From Strigamia acuminata (lineage: Eukaryota), in assembly GCA_949358305.1 (NCBI GenBank), contig OX442314.1:26226001-26290000 (forward strand): 64,000 nt of DNA, written 5' to 3'. The translations under genes were made by a program, and so were the position numbers. Below the pieces are notes generated by a model. It ran no database searches. It had not been told where the DNA came from and saw only the letters and a program-made list of their open reading frames with translations. Each line of letters starts with the position of its first letter. Position 1 is the stretch's first letter. Below are positions 48,142-60,900 of this stretch, piece by piece.

Positions 48142-48829
48142 TCCCTACGTTCACAAAACTGAATAAAACATTAAAAATCAGACAAAAAATTTGCATTTTT
48201 TATTTAAATTATTTTTTCCAAAATCCAACGTCAAAACCATGTCGCCAAACACACAAAACTATAAATTTTATATCGAAAAATTGTCAACATTGGTCTTCCT
48301 TGATCCTGTCATTAGGTTATGATGGTTTAATTGATAACCACTTGAAATGTGAATTTCCGCCATAAAAATCTCTTGTATGGGAATTTTTTATTGTTGTTAG
48401 TATTTTTATTTCATTAAATCCAAGACGAAAATAATTCAAATTTTTTTTTTCTCTGGACGATAAGCAACAATGAAATAGTTTGACAAATCAAGTGCAATGG
48501 CTCCTGGCACGTATGCCATGTATACATATAAGCTTATGTTCAACACTTTTTGTCCGTATCGTTTAAACTCCTTTAAATTTTAGTAGTGAAGCGACGAAAC
48601 GTGGAACCGAAGAAAATTCAATTGACTTTCATCCCGTTCACCGACCGCGGTCTTGTGTTCGGTTCAATACCAAAGCTCGTGTACCCCGAAACAATCGTGC
48701 AATCGCCGAAATGAAGCGACGAAAAGAACGAGCATGCCGAGACCCGGCATCCGGCGTCGTGACACTTTCGTGTTATTTAGTTCCGCAGGCGACACGTCAT
48801 CTTGCATACGGTATTCAGTGGTCAGACCA

Positions 48830-48990
48830 AAAAGAAAATCCACAGTTCCGAAGACGAATTCGCTGAAATTTCTCATAATAACCAAACGAATGATCGGTCT
48901 TCATCCCAGTCCTGCCCCGTGTGCTCGCTTAAGATTGAAGCAAATCACATGAACAAGCACCTCGACTTGTGTTTACTCCGAAATTTAAAA
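48830..48990 (+). pseudogene. Fragment encoding a UBZ4-type zinc finger
   Basis: SCPVCSLKIEANHMNKHLDLCL matches CPxC..N.HLD.C as in SPRTN, Pol kappa, FAN1 and RAD18; donor gene not determined. Confidence 0.65.
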
Positions 48991-49346
48991 TCATCGTTTT
49001 ATGTTGTTGTTGTTTTTTTATTACTTAACTCGTATGTAATATATAAATATTTCATCGTGTTTGGTCGTTCCTCTTGATATTTCAGCCTTTTTTTTACAAA
49101 ATCATTGTTATTAAAGTGGAAAGAAATGTTAGAATTCGTCGTTTTCGTTCGTATAGCCGCCTGGACATACATTCAATGATCCTGATCGCTTCTTACGTCT
49201 CAATAAGATCTCGCTTTTCGCACGCGCACGAGCGCATTCAAATTTCTTCTCTACAATCGCCGAACTCTTGCTTAGAGATTTGTATACATTGTTGACGATA
49301 GGACTTTATTTCTTTATTTCTTTATTTGTAGTGATTTATTTCTTGA

Positions 49347-49740
<394 letters not shown>

Positions 49741-50609
49741 ATCATCTGAATCTGGGCGTTTTGGTGCGTTGGTTTGGATGAAATGCTCGACAGCCCTTAC
49801 ACGCAGTTGGACGACGCGGGCATCTGCGGCGGCCCGCTGCTCGGCGTCACCGGTGTAAGCGGCGCGGGACCGCACTCGGCGATCATCGCCATCATTTCGT
49901 CTTCTCGCTCCATATTCGACACGTCGAAATTGACGTAGTTGTCCGTAATCCTCAAATGAAGTAATTAAAATCCATTTAACTTTTTAAAATTAATTTTATT
50001 GGTTTATTTTTCTTAAAAAACAAAAATCAGTTTTTCGTCATCTTCGCCCTCGTCTTCCTCGTCGTCGCTGTCTTTGTCTTGCTCATTTTGCTCGTCGACA
50101 GAAGCTAAATCTACGCAAACAAACTATAAATTATCTAACATTCAACGATCGAACGACCAAATAACCTTTTTCGTACGATCCCCTGTCCCTTGTTCAACCA
50201 CTTCGATAAGTGACATTCGACGGTCAAATAATACTGATTCAAAACTGATAATATCTTAGACATGCGTGTATCGAGCCACCGTGCTTTTTTATTTATTTAT
50301 TATCGTCGCCAACATTTCTGACGATAACGTGATTTGGCGTACGAAACGTGCAAATTGATTCAAATTGTCCATGTTCCTGCCGATCAGCGTATACATAATA
50401 TTCCCCATCGGTTTTGTTGGTGGCAAAAGGGATTTTTGTGGTTTTTAAAGTTTACTTTTGAAACGTCGCATTCGGGATAGCGATTTGCAAAAATCACATG
50501 GACGGTCGAATAATACTGATTCAAAGCTGATTATATCTTAGATTCTTAGATTTGCGATCAGAACTTCGAATTGTCTAACATTTTCAGCGCATTCTTTGTG
50601 TCTTCGTAA

Positions 50610-50830
50610 CGCGACGAATTTGTTCGGACGTGGGATGGATATCGAGAAAGTTAATGTTTTTAATTACGATATGCCGGAGAATTCGGATACGTATTTACAC
50701 GCATGGGGGTCGGTTTGGGACCAAGGGTTTGCCGATTTCGTTCGTCAGTGACGAAGACAATGCTAAAATTTTAAATAGTGTTCAAAGCTGTTTTGAAGTT
50801 GATATCAGCGTTTTGAAATTGACTTGTCGT
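50610..50830 (+). pseudogene. DDX39B: Captured UAP56/DDX39 helicase C-terminal fragment
   Basis: [53 protein letters not shown]. Confidence 0.9.
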
Positions 50831-51094
50831 CATACAGCGAAATGTAAAAATGTAAAACATTAAATTTTCTTTTCATTTTAAATAAAACCCATAAATTAAG
50901 TTATAGTTGTACTTTTATTTTAACTTGTTATGTGCAAATGTAATGAGTAAATGACTGCAGTTGTAAAATTTATCAAAATTATATTTGAAATCATGACGTA
51001 AAAATATACAAATTCAAACGAGCATTTCTTGAATAAACAATTACATCAACTCCAAGTCACTGTCGGTCTCTATTGATTCAACAAATGTTAAATC

Positions 51095-51960
51095 CATGTT
51101 AGAATTAAATTGGGATAGAATTATGACATAGATTTAGCATAGCATCGACATTAACGGTCTACACCGATTCAACACAGAGCGGTCTATGTTAATTCAACAT
51201 AAATCGGTCTATGTTGATTCAACATAGAGCGGTCTATGTTAAATCTATGTTAAATTTATTTTGGGATAGAACAGTGACGTAGATTTAGCATCACATCGAC
51301 ATTAACGGTCTACATAGATTCAACGCAGAGCCTTCTATGTTAATTAAACATAAATCGGTCTACGTTGATTCAACATAGAGCGGTCTATGTTAAATCTATG
51401 TTAAATTTATTTTGGGATAGAACAGTGACGTAGATTTAGCATCACATCGACATTAACGGTCTACATAGATTCAACACAGAGCCTTCTATGTTAATTCAAC
51501 ATAAATCGATCTATGTTGATTCAACATAGAGCGGTCTATGTTAAATCTATGTTAAATTTATTTTGGGATAGAACAGTGACGTAGATTTAACATCGCATCT
51601 ATATCAACAGGTCTATGCAGATTCAACACAGAGCGGTCTACACAGATTCAACATCAATCGCTCTATGTTGATTCAACATAGAACAGTCTATGTTAAATCT
51701 ATGTTAAATTAAATTGGGATAGAATATTGACATAGATTTAACATCGAATCTATATCAACAGGTCTATGCAGATTCAACACAGAGCGGTCTACACAGATTC
51801 AACATCAATCGCTCTATGTTAATTCAACATAGAGCAGTCTATGTTAAATCTATGTTAAATTAAATTGGGATAGAACATTGACATAGATTTAACATCGAAT
51901 CTATATCAACAGGTCTATGCAGATTCAACACAGAGCGGTCTATATAGATTCTATGTAGAT
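51095..51960. repeat. Subterminal tandem array of the CMC-like element (about 150-160-bp units)
   Basis: Repeated tgggatagaa...tctatgttaaatctatgttaaa units. Confidence 0.85.
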
Positions 51961-52649
51961 TCGATCATCTGTGCTACCTGGGTTAGATCCAACAATAACA
52001 AAATATTATATTTATAATAAAGGTTAAGTGGCAACAATACCACACCATGAACTACCGCAACACACGTTCGTGTACCGGCGGCCATGCGCCGGTTCGTCCT
52101 TGCGACGAAACGAAAAATTGAATATTTTGCTAAGTTATGACGCAAAATATGAATTATATAAAGAGGCAATAAATGTTGTTAACTATAGGCTTGTCCAATT
52201 ATTAAAATAAATACTAGTACTTTAAAGAAAAAATACCAGGTGGAGGGGTTGACCCCTACTTATGGTCTAGCCCGAGACCTGACCCCAGTCCAATTTTAAG
52301 GAACTGAGGAATAAAAAACAAGTTGTTTCAGAAATAATACTTTATTTACTGAAAGGCATCAAGGAGAGGTGACGGATCGACTTATTGGCGATCTGAAAAT
52401 ACGATAAAAAACAATAAACAAATGTTGTAAGGGCGGTCAAGATATCAATCAACGAGAAAAACAAAAACTAAAAGTTGGGTGGGAAATAACAACATTTATT
52501 GCCTCTTTATATAATTCATATTTTGCGTCATAACTTAGCAAAATATTCAATTATATTACAGCTTAGGCAATAAATGTTGTTAACTATAGGCTCTTCGTAG
52601 CCTCTAAAACCGTAGAAGTGAAATCCGTCGAAATCTTTTCGACTGGATG

Positions 52650-53570
52650 ATTATAAAATTTAAAAAATATAGAGGCGGATTACCAATCAGCCGCCCGAAG
52701 AATGTGAGAGATATTAACACCTTTTGACCAAGCAAAGGAAGTAGCGGCGGCTCGGGTAGAATGGGCCGAAAAAACTGCAGTGTTTACTCCTGCCATGGTC
52801 AAGGTTTCTTTGATCCATCTGGCAATAGTGGAAGAAGTGACCGGTCCAAAGGGACGAGAGGATGCCAAAAAGAATTGAATAGAGGGTCCGCGAAAGGCGG
52901 CTGAGTGTTTTAAATAAAATTTAATGGCCTCAACTGGGCATAATTCCTTGTCTTCAAAACGGGGTAGAACAAAAGGGGCCATAGAGGAGGATTTCCTCTT
53001 ACCTAGGAGCGGAAGAACACAAGAGTTAGCTGAAAAAACTACTTTGGAAGATAAGAGTTTAAGGTCTGAAGCCCTTCCTGCTAAGGAAAGGGCCAACAGT
53101 GTAGCGATATGGCGATTAATCTCTAACTTGGAGAAGGTAGGCAGCATACGAAATCGTGACTTAAGGAAGAGAAGGACCGGGCCTACATGCCAAATAGAGG
53201 AATATTTTGGAACCTGTGGACGTGAATTGGCGACGCCTTTCATGACTCGTCTGATAAGTGGATGAGAACCTAGATCAACTGAAGAAATTAAACTAATGGT
53301 TTGAGAAATAGCCGAACGGTGGGCATTTATTGTGCTAAACGCAAGATTATTCGTAAAAAGAGAAGAAAGATAATTTGCTAATGTTACGGCAGATGGTCGA
53401 ACAGGGTCAACATTGTTTCGTGTAGACCAGAGAAGCCATGACTTCCAGTGTCCGTCGTAGATCTTATTTGATGAGGATTGCCAGGAAGACCCCACCAATT
53501 TGGAAGCGTTCGCTGAAAGACCTCCGTTTCCGAGACAACCGACGACAGTTTCCATGCGGCCAGTTGCAGA
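52650..53570 (-). pseudogene. DIRS tyrosine recombinase
   Basis: RSAIS, PKYSSIW, GRASDL, LCPV, TIARWIK, AHSTRAAATS, AADW followed by a premature stop before the FY motif. Confidence 0.9.
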
Positions 53571-53694
53571 GATTGTGTTAGGAGAAGTGGATGGGGTTGT
53601 TTCTGAGCATTCGTCAAAAGATTCGGAAATTGTGGCAACTGTATCGGAGTTTCCGTCGATAGGGACCAAAGAAGCTGAAAGGAAAAATCCCGAT

Positions 53695-55207
53695 TTAGTA
53701 AAAAGAAAGAAAATTTTTTGAATGAGGAATTACCGGAAACCAAGCTTGGCTAGGCCAAATCGGAGTGATCAGAACTACTCGAGTAGGTGTTGAAGCATTG
53801 CGGATTTTCTGAAGACATTTAGAAACGAGGCAAAAAGGAGGGAAGGCGTATGAAATTTCTGACCCCCAGTCCTGAACTAAGGCATCAAAGGCCTGAGCAG
53901 CGGGGTCGGGCTTCCAGCTAAAAAAGTTTTCTAATTGCGCGTTGTGCATAGCCGCGAAAAGGTCTAAAGAAAAGGGACCCCAAATTTGATCGATCGAGTT
54001 AAAAACCTCATGATCCAGCATCCAGTCACTTGAATCTACGACCTTACCCCTAGAGGCCGCGTCAGCTTCTATATTGAAGCGACCCGGGATGTGTTCAGCT
54101 TGAACAGAGATATTTCTTTCCATAGCCCAAGACCAAAGGTCTTGTGCTACGGCAGTAAGATCTCGGGATCTGGGGCTGCCCAGATGATTTATGGAGGCAA
54201 TTGCTGCAGTATTGTCCATTCTGATCTTAACTATGCTATTGGATAAATCTTTAGCAAAGGACTTGAGACCCCAAAAGGCAGCTAAAAGTTCAAGAACATT
54301 AATATGTTTCTTAATAAGGGAAGAGGGCCAGGAACCCCCTATACTAATGCCTGAAGAAGTTGCTCCCCATCCTGTTAGAGAAGCATCCGAATCAAAGGAT
54401 AAGAGGCAAGGTTTAGGAACAAGAGATCTGCCCTTGCAAAATCTCAAATTTTGCTTCCACCATAAAAGCTCTGACCTAGCTTCTTCTGTAATAAAACAAG
54501 TGGATTCGTAATTTCCTGTGAAATTATGAGCTTTTAAATGTTGTAGTCCCCGATAATGTAAGGGTGCGGCAGAAATGGCTACTGTTGTGGCATTAAGTTT
54601 GCCAATAATAGAAGAAAGATCTCGAATTGAACAAGAATCTGATTGGAGTAACTTGTCAAGGGAAGTAAGAATATTCTGAATCCTGTCTGGTGGTAAAGAG
54701 ACGCTCATAGCAACTGAATCGATTAAAAAACCTAAAAAAGTAATTGAAGTAGTTGGTTCAAGAATCGATTTTTTCAAATTAATTATAAAACCGAGAGCGC
54801 GAAAAAGCAAGCAAATGAAATCCCTCTGTCGGGTAAGAAGTTCGTGAGATTTATTAATAAACCGCCAACTGAACGTAAAGTGATCGAAGGAAAGCTGCCA
54901 CGGCTCTACACAATTTAGTAAAATAAAAGGGAGCGGGCCCAATCCAAAAGGGAGCACTCCTAATTCATATAAAACTCCTTCCCAGAAAAATCTCAAAAAT
55001 TTTCGAGAATCTGGGTGTATGGCCACCGAAAAATAGGCATCGGATAAATCTAGTTTAAACATAAAAGAGTCTTTTTCTACCAGAGATAAGGCGGTGTGAA
55101 TACTTTCCATTTTGAAATGGTTGAAAACTAAGAAGGAATTGAGGGGTTTAAGATTAATAATAGGGCGAAAACCGCCATCTTTTTTAGAAACTAGAAAAAG
55201 AAAACTA
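53695..55207 (-). pseudogene. DIRS RT-RNase H-Dam-like methyltransferase ORF
   Basis: KKDGGFRPIINL, LDLSDAY, LPFGL, SDAS..GWG, HINVLEL, MDN, DLFA...YAFPPF; YxDD region deleted near 54860. Confidence 0.9.
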
Positions 55208-55459
55208 ATTATTTGACCTTTGCAGGGGAGAACCGGATAAGCGGCCCCTTTAACCTTGGGGTATGTGTGCGGATTTTGTCGGGGGCGAAAGGGTCCCGCT
55301 TTTTAACATTACGGCGGCCTATACGTTGTTTCGTTGATCGCGACTGTGATGCGGAATTTGCGGATGTTGTTTTGGCCGAGTAGTTCGTGCGACCGAGCGC
55401 GTTTTGTTCGTTGCTTTTCGGTGTTCGGTGGGTTTTGTGACCGGTCAAGGGTTTCGCTA

Positions 55460-56160
55460 AAACGTGGTTTTTGTGACGGGAGGGAGGGGGGATCGGTTCA
55501 TGTGCTCCGAACGCGCCGCGACGCGCCGTGACTTGGGCCAAAAACGACCCGGTCGGAAACCGGGTCCCGGGCTTCGTCGAGGCGTGGTTTTTGAGAACGG
55601 GGGGAGGGGGGGATCGGGTCGCGTGCTCCGAAAGCGCCGCGACGCGCCGTGACTTGGGCCAAAAACGACCCGGTCGGAAACCGGGTCCCGGGCTTCGTCG
55701 AGGCGTGGTCCCGATCGGGACAAACTCTTCCGGAAAATGTCCGGTGGAATGTTGAGAGTGTCGATGGACGACGTTCGAGTTTATATCGTAAGTAAGTAAG
55801 TATCTGACAAAACTTGCACAGAATTTTGTCAACATTTGATAAATTTCCACAGAATTTAACGTTGTTTTGCTAAAACCTGCGGAAACGTGTCTAGTCGGGC
55901 AGAAACGTCTCGTAAAATGTTGCTGAAATTCCGTGGAAATTTGTCAAAAATTGACAAAAGTTGGTGACCGACCCACATCGCGTTGCGGCGCGGTCGGAGC
56001 ACGCGACCCGATCCCCCCCCCCCCCCTCCCCCCGTCCCCAAAAAACCACGCCTCGAGGAACCCCGAGGTTCGGTTTCCGACCGGGTCGCCTCTTGATCCG
56101 ACTCGGGGCGCGTCACGGCGCGGTCGGAGGACGGCCCTCGCCCCCAAAAACCACACTCCG
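55460..56160. repeat. GC-rich tandem plus inverted repeat (foldback) block, unclassified
   Basis: About 120-bp unit duplicated at 55463-55708; diverged inverted copy at about 55985-56160. Confidence 0.7.
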
Positions 56161-56209
56161 GGTCACGTGGTCTCGCACCCGACTCTTTCAGTTTTCCCGT
56201 TTTCAGCCC

Positions 56210-57964
56210 GTTACGGGATCGTGACGGGACTGTCGGCGGCCCGTTAACGGCCCGCACGAGCCGTGACGGGATCGTGACGGGACCGTTGGCGGCCCGTTAA
56301 CGGCCCGCACGGGCCGTGACGGGATCGTGACGGGACCGTCGGCGGCCCGTTAACGGCCCGTACGACTCCATGCGGGCCGTTGACGGGCCGTTGACGGGCC
56401 GTTAACGGGCCGTTAACGGGCCGTTACGGCGTAAATCGAAAAAATCAACAACCGACAACACGTACGTGAAAACGCGTACAACATTCATAGACATTAATCT
56501 TGAATCCTGTTTTTGGTTTTACGCCGTTAACGGGCCGTTAACGGCCCGTTAACGGCCCGTTAACGGCCCGCGTGAGGTCGTACGGGCCGTCGGCGAGCCG
56601 AAGTCCGGGAACGAAGGCCGTGACGGGATCGTGACGGGACCGTCAGCGGCCCGTTAACGGCCCGTGCGGGCCGTTGCGGGATCGTGACGGGATCGTCGAC
56701 GGCCCGTTAACGGCCCGTGCGGGCCGTTGCGGGCCGTTGACGGGCCGTTGACGGGCCGTTAACGGGCCGTTAACGGGCCGTTACGGCGTGAATCGAAAAA
56801 ATCAACAACCGACAACACGTACATGAAAACGCGTACAACATTCATAGACATTAATCTCGAATCCTGTTTTCGGTTTTGCCCCGTTAACGGGCCGTTAACG
56901 GGCCGTTAACGGGCCGTTAACGGCCCGTGCGGGCCGTTGCGGGATCGTGACGGGACCGTCGACGGCCCGTTAACGGCCTGTGCGGGCCGTTGCGGGATCG
57001 TGACGGGACCGTCAGCGGCCCGTTAACGGCCCGTGCGGGCCGTTGCGGGATCGTGACGGGATCGTCGACGGCCCGTTAACGGCCCGTGCGGGCCGTTGCG
57101 GGATCGTGACGGGACCGTCAGCGGCCCGTTAACGGCCCGTGCGGGCCGTTGCGGGATCGTGACGGGATCGTCGACGGCCCGTTAACGGCCCGTGCGGGCC
57201 GTTGCGGGCCGTTGACGGGCCGTTGACGGGCCGTTAACGGGCCGTTAACGGGCCGTTACGGCGTGAATCGAAAAAATCAACAACCGACAACACGTACATG
57301 AAAACGCGTACAACATTCATAGACATTAATCTCGAATCCTGTTTTCGGTTTTGCCCCGTTAACGGGCCGTTAACGGGCCGTTAACGGGCCGTTAACGGCC
57401 CGTGCGGGCCGTTGCGGGATCGTGACGGGACCGTCGACGGCCCGTTAACGGCCCGTGCGGGCCGTTGCGGGATCGTGACGGGACCGTCAGCGGCCCGTTA
57501 ACGGCCCGTGCGGGCCGTTGCGGGATCGTGACGGGATCGTCGACGGCCCGTTAACGGCCCGTGCGGGCCGTTGCGGGATCGTGACGGGACCGTCAGCGGC
57601 CCGTTAACGGCCCGTGCGGGCCGTTGCGGGATCGTGACGGGATCGTCGACGGCCCGTTAACGGCCCGTGCGGGCCGTTGCGGGCCGTTGACGGGCCGTTG
57701 ACGGGCCGTTAACGGGCCGTTAACGGGCCGTTACGGCGTGAATCGAAAAAATCAACAACCGACAACACGTACATGAAAACGCGTACAACATTCATAGACA
57801 TTAATCTCGAATCCTGTTTTTGGTTTTACGCCGTTAACGGGCCGTTAACGGGCCGTTAACGGCCCGTTAACGGCCCGCGTGAGGTCGTACGGGCCGTCGG
57901 CGAGCCGAAGTCCGGGAACGAAGGCCGTGACGGGATCGTGACGGGACCGTCAGCGGCCCGTTAA
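56210..57964. repeat. CpG-rich higher-order array of GGGCCGTTAACGGCCC-type palindromes
   Basis: 11-bp and 53-bp subunits plus an about 100-bp spacer recurring at 56436, 56793, 57268 and 57743. Confidence 0.92.
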
Positions 57965-60900
57965 TGTTGGTTTTGAGAAACCCAAATGTTTTATGTCGAT
58001 GTGATATAGAATCACATTTTGATTGTTTAGTTTAATTATCTTGATGTATTAATTTCACATGTTTATTTACTTTGGTATTATGTTTGCTTTATGCATTTAA
58101 GCATGAAGCATCATGCATTCCCTAGTTTTATATTTATGTAATGCATAATTCCGACACAAGGTGTCGTTGCTTATGTTTTCATCATCCAAGATGGCCGCGC
58201 ACAGTGATGTGTGCTCTCCTTTTGATTTTCCCTTTGAAAAGGATCCCATATGTAAGCTTTTTCTTGTTTATATTAAATGCCTATTATTTTAGAGTCTTTA
58301 GTATTGATTTACAGCACCTTCTGTGCTATTTAAGCGCAGATAAGCGGCATTTTGCCGCGCGCTTTGTTTGGAATCGGTCACGTCGCTTTTACGTTCGTGT
58401 CAGAGACACGACGCCGCCATTTTCGCTTCCACACACTCGGTTTATACCGAATTCGCGCCGCTCGCCTCTGCTACTAACGTTCAATTGGTAGCAGAGGATG
58501 GTTGGCTGCTCTGTATAACCTTTTTCTCTTTTATCGCCGAAAATTTTCGCGAATTTCGCGAATTTTCGCGGCGATTTGTGTTTTTACAGATTTCATCGAC
58601 GCTCGGGCCTATTTTTGCACCATTGACGTATCGCCGACGTTTGGACACGACCAGTGTTGTCCACCACACGATTCTACGTTTAATTTCGCCAAAAATTGCG
58701 CGGTCTCGCGAATTTTTAGGCGAATTTTCTTCTTTTTTCAGTTTTTCGTCGATTTTTCGAATTGACGACGTGTCACCGACGTCTGGAGACAGCCAGGGTT
58801 GTCCACCATACGATTCCGCGTCTAATTTCGTCCGAATTCGCGCGGTCTCGCGGTTTTCGAGGCGAATTTTCTTTATATTTTCAGATTTTCGCGTCGATTT
58901 TATTTTTCGACGATTTTTCGACGATCTTTCGACGGAAACGAGACGTTTTCTCGCTATATACACCCCGGTGTGTATATAGTATCGACGATTTGTTTATTTT
59001 CAACGCATTTTTGTGAAGAGCCTCATTTAATGAGACGAATTTGGATTTTCGAATCCAAATTGCGCTTTTTGTCCGATTTTTTCGAGAAAAATCGAGCCGT
59101 GTTTTCTTATTGCACGAGGTTGCAACCGCAACAGATTCACCAATTTCTCCTTCCAGTCGCAATTACCTTTGTTAGTTATTTAAGTGGGATATTTTGGTTG
59201 GGTCAATTAGAATCCACTTTGCCCTTTTGTCCAGTCGGGCAAGCGAAGTGTGTATTCTCAGTTAAGGCTTTCTCAGGGCCACCTAACGTTTCCGTGACCC
59301 CAGGCGGTTTGCAAAGGGCGTTAGGGAGATACTTAACTGAGGTTATTTGTGCCAATTGTAGCATTGGCATCCCCGTCTCGGTTTCCGCTTTGACAGTGCT
59401 TCAGTTAGTGTTTGTGACAGTGCAGTGCTTCGATTCTTCACCGACGACGCCTATATCACTATCAAAGCCTTCGTGTTTGCGTGGTGTGCGGAATCTTCTT
59501 TTTCCACGCCATTTTCCGCGCCGAGATGCAGAAATCACCTTACGTGGAGCCAACGGTTGGGAAATGCCCGATGTTGGGCATAAACAATTATGAATCATGG
59601 CGTCGTGCGATGTGCATGCTTCTAAAGTCCGAAGGGCTTTGGAGGCATGTAACGGAAGAAAAAGAAGCCGAGTATTTGTTGACATTAACCCCGAAAGAGA
59701 CGGAAAAGTACATGATGAAGAAGGATAAGGCTTTAGGGCACATATATTGCCATGTGAGTGAGGCAAAACGCTCGACATTGGACAATGCTAATACTCCGAA
59801 ACAGGCGTGGGACATCCTCACCAAGATTTTCGCTCCTAGTTCCCTGGCTCGTCAAGCAGCCATGAGATGGCAATTCTTAGGCCTACATCTTCAACCGAAC
59901 GAAGACATGGTAGATTTCGTCAGTCGTGTCGATCTCCACGTACGCCAACTCCGGGATATGAAGGAGGAAGTTTCGGACAAGCATCATGCTTACCAGTACT
60001 TACATCGTCTACCTCCAGAATATGCTCAGGCCACGTTTGCCATCTATAACTGGCCTGAAGCTAACTTTACGCCGACTAAAGTGTCCGAACAATTGGTCTC
60101 TGAATATCTTCGCCTCAAATCAGTTGGTTTACACAATGTTTCATCATCAGCTCACGCGTCTGCCCAGAATCCACAACAATCTCGTCAAGGGTCACGTCCA
60201 CGTCGTCCATTGTCGCAAGTCAGATGTTTCAACTGTCAAGAGATGGGTCACTGCGCTAACAAGTGCCCATACCCGAAGCGTGACGACCGAAATCAGCCGC
60301 CGACAGCTTCCTTTCAACGTTCTCGCAGCAAAAGCAAGAAGCGTGGCAAGAACTCGGCATCCAACCCCGAGGACAATCGCCCGAGAGGAAGTTCTCACCC
60401 AGTCCGCAGAGCTGTATTTTTCGCCAGTGCACCGCAAATGGTTGAACGTCCAGTGGCTCACCTGATGCAATCCAACGAATGGATAGTTGATTGCGGCGCC
60501 ACAGACCATGTTTCCCATGTGCGATCGTGGTTTTCCGAATTTACAAACATCGTCCCATTTGATATAGAACTTGGTCAAGGAAAATCACAAGTGACCGGTA
60601 AAGGAACTATTCCATTACAAACACGCATGGACGGTGTTCATTGTGACGTGACATTGACTAATGTACTCTATGCGCCCAATTTTGAGGCCAACCTTATTTC
60701 AGTATCGAGAATTGATAAGACTCGACATCACATCCATATTTTTAATGGAGAAATCAACGTCTATCAAACGGATATTACGAATGCTATTTTACGAGCAAAG
60801 GAAAAGGGAGGACTCTACTATGTGGATGGGTTGTGTATTAATCCGACCGTTGCCGTTACGACTTCACCGATTGTTCAACAATCACCCGTACAGACATTCG

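Larger units (their letters stand above)
52117..55207 (-). mobile_element. DIRS-type tyrosine-recombinase retrotransposon, 5'-truncated and decayed
   Basis: RT/RNase H/methyltransferase ORF followed by a YR ORF, then terminal inverted and direct repeats (52117-52190 versus 52488-52591). Confidence 0.9.

Noticed and set aside
53750..53990. Novel methyltransferase acquisition
   Set aside because: The Dam-like DLFA/FPPF domain is a standard part of DIRS1-like elements.
55209..56257. Arg/Pro-rich ORFs of 60-213 aa
   Set aside because: Products of GC-rich repeats.
56210..57964. CRISPR-like repeat/spacer appearance
   Set aside because: The spacers are near-identical to each other, there are no cas genes and the context is eukaryotic.
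58141..59593. ORFs in the Copia LTR and leader
   Set aside because: Low-complexity leader with internal duplication and no motifs; the real ORF starts at 59526.
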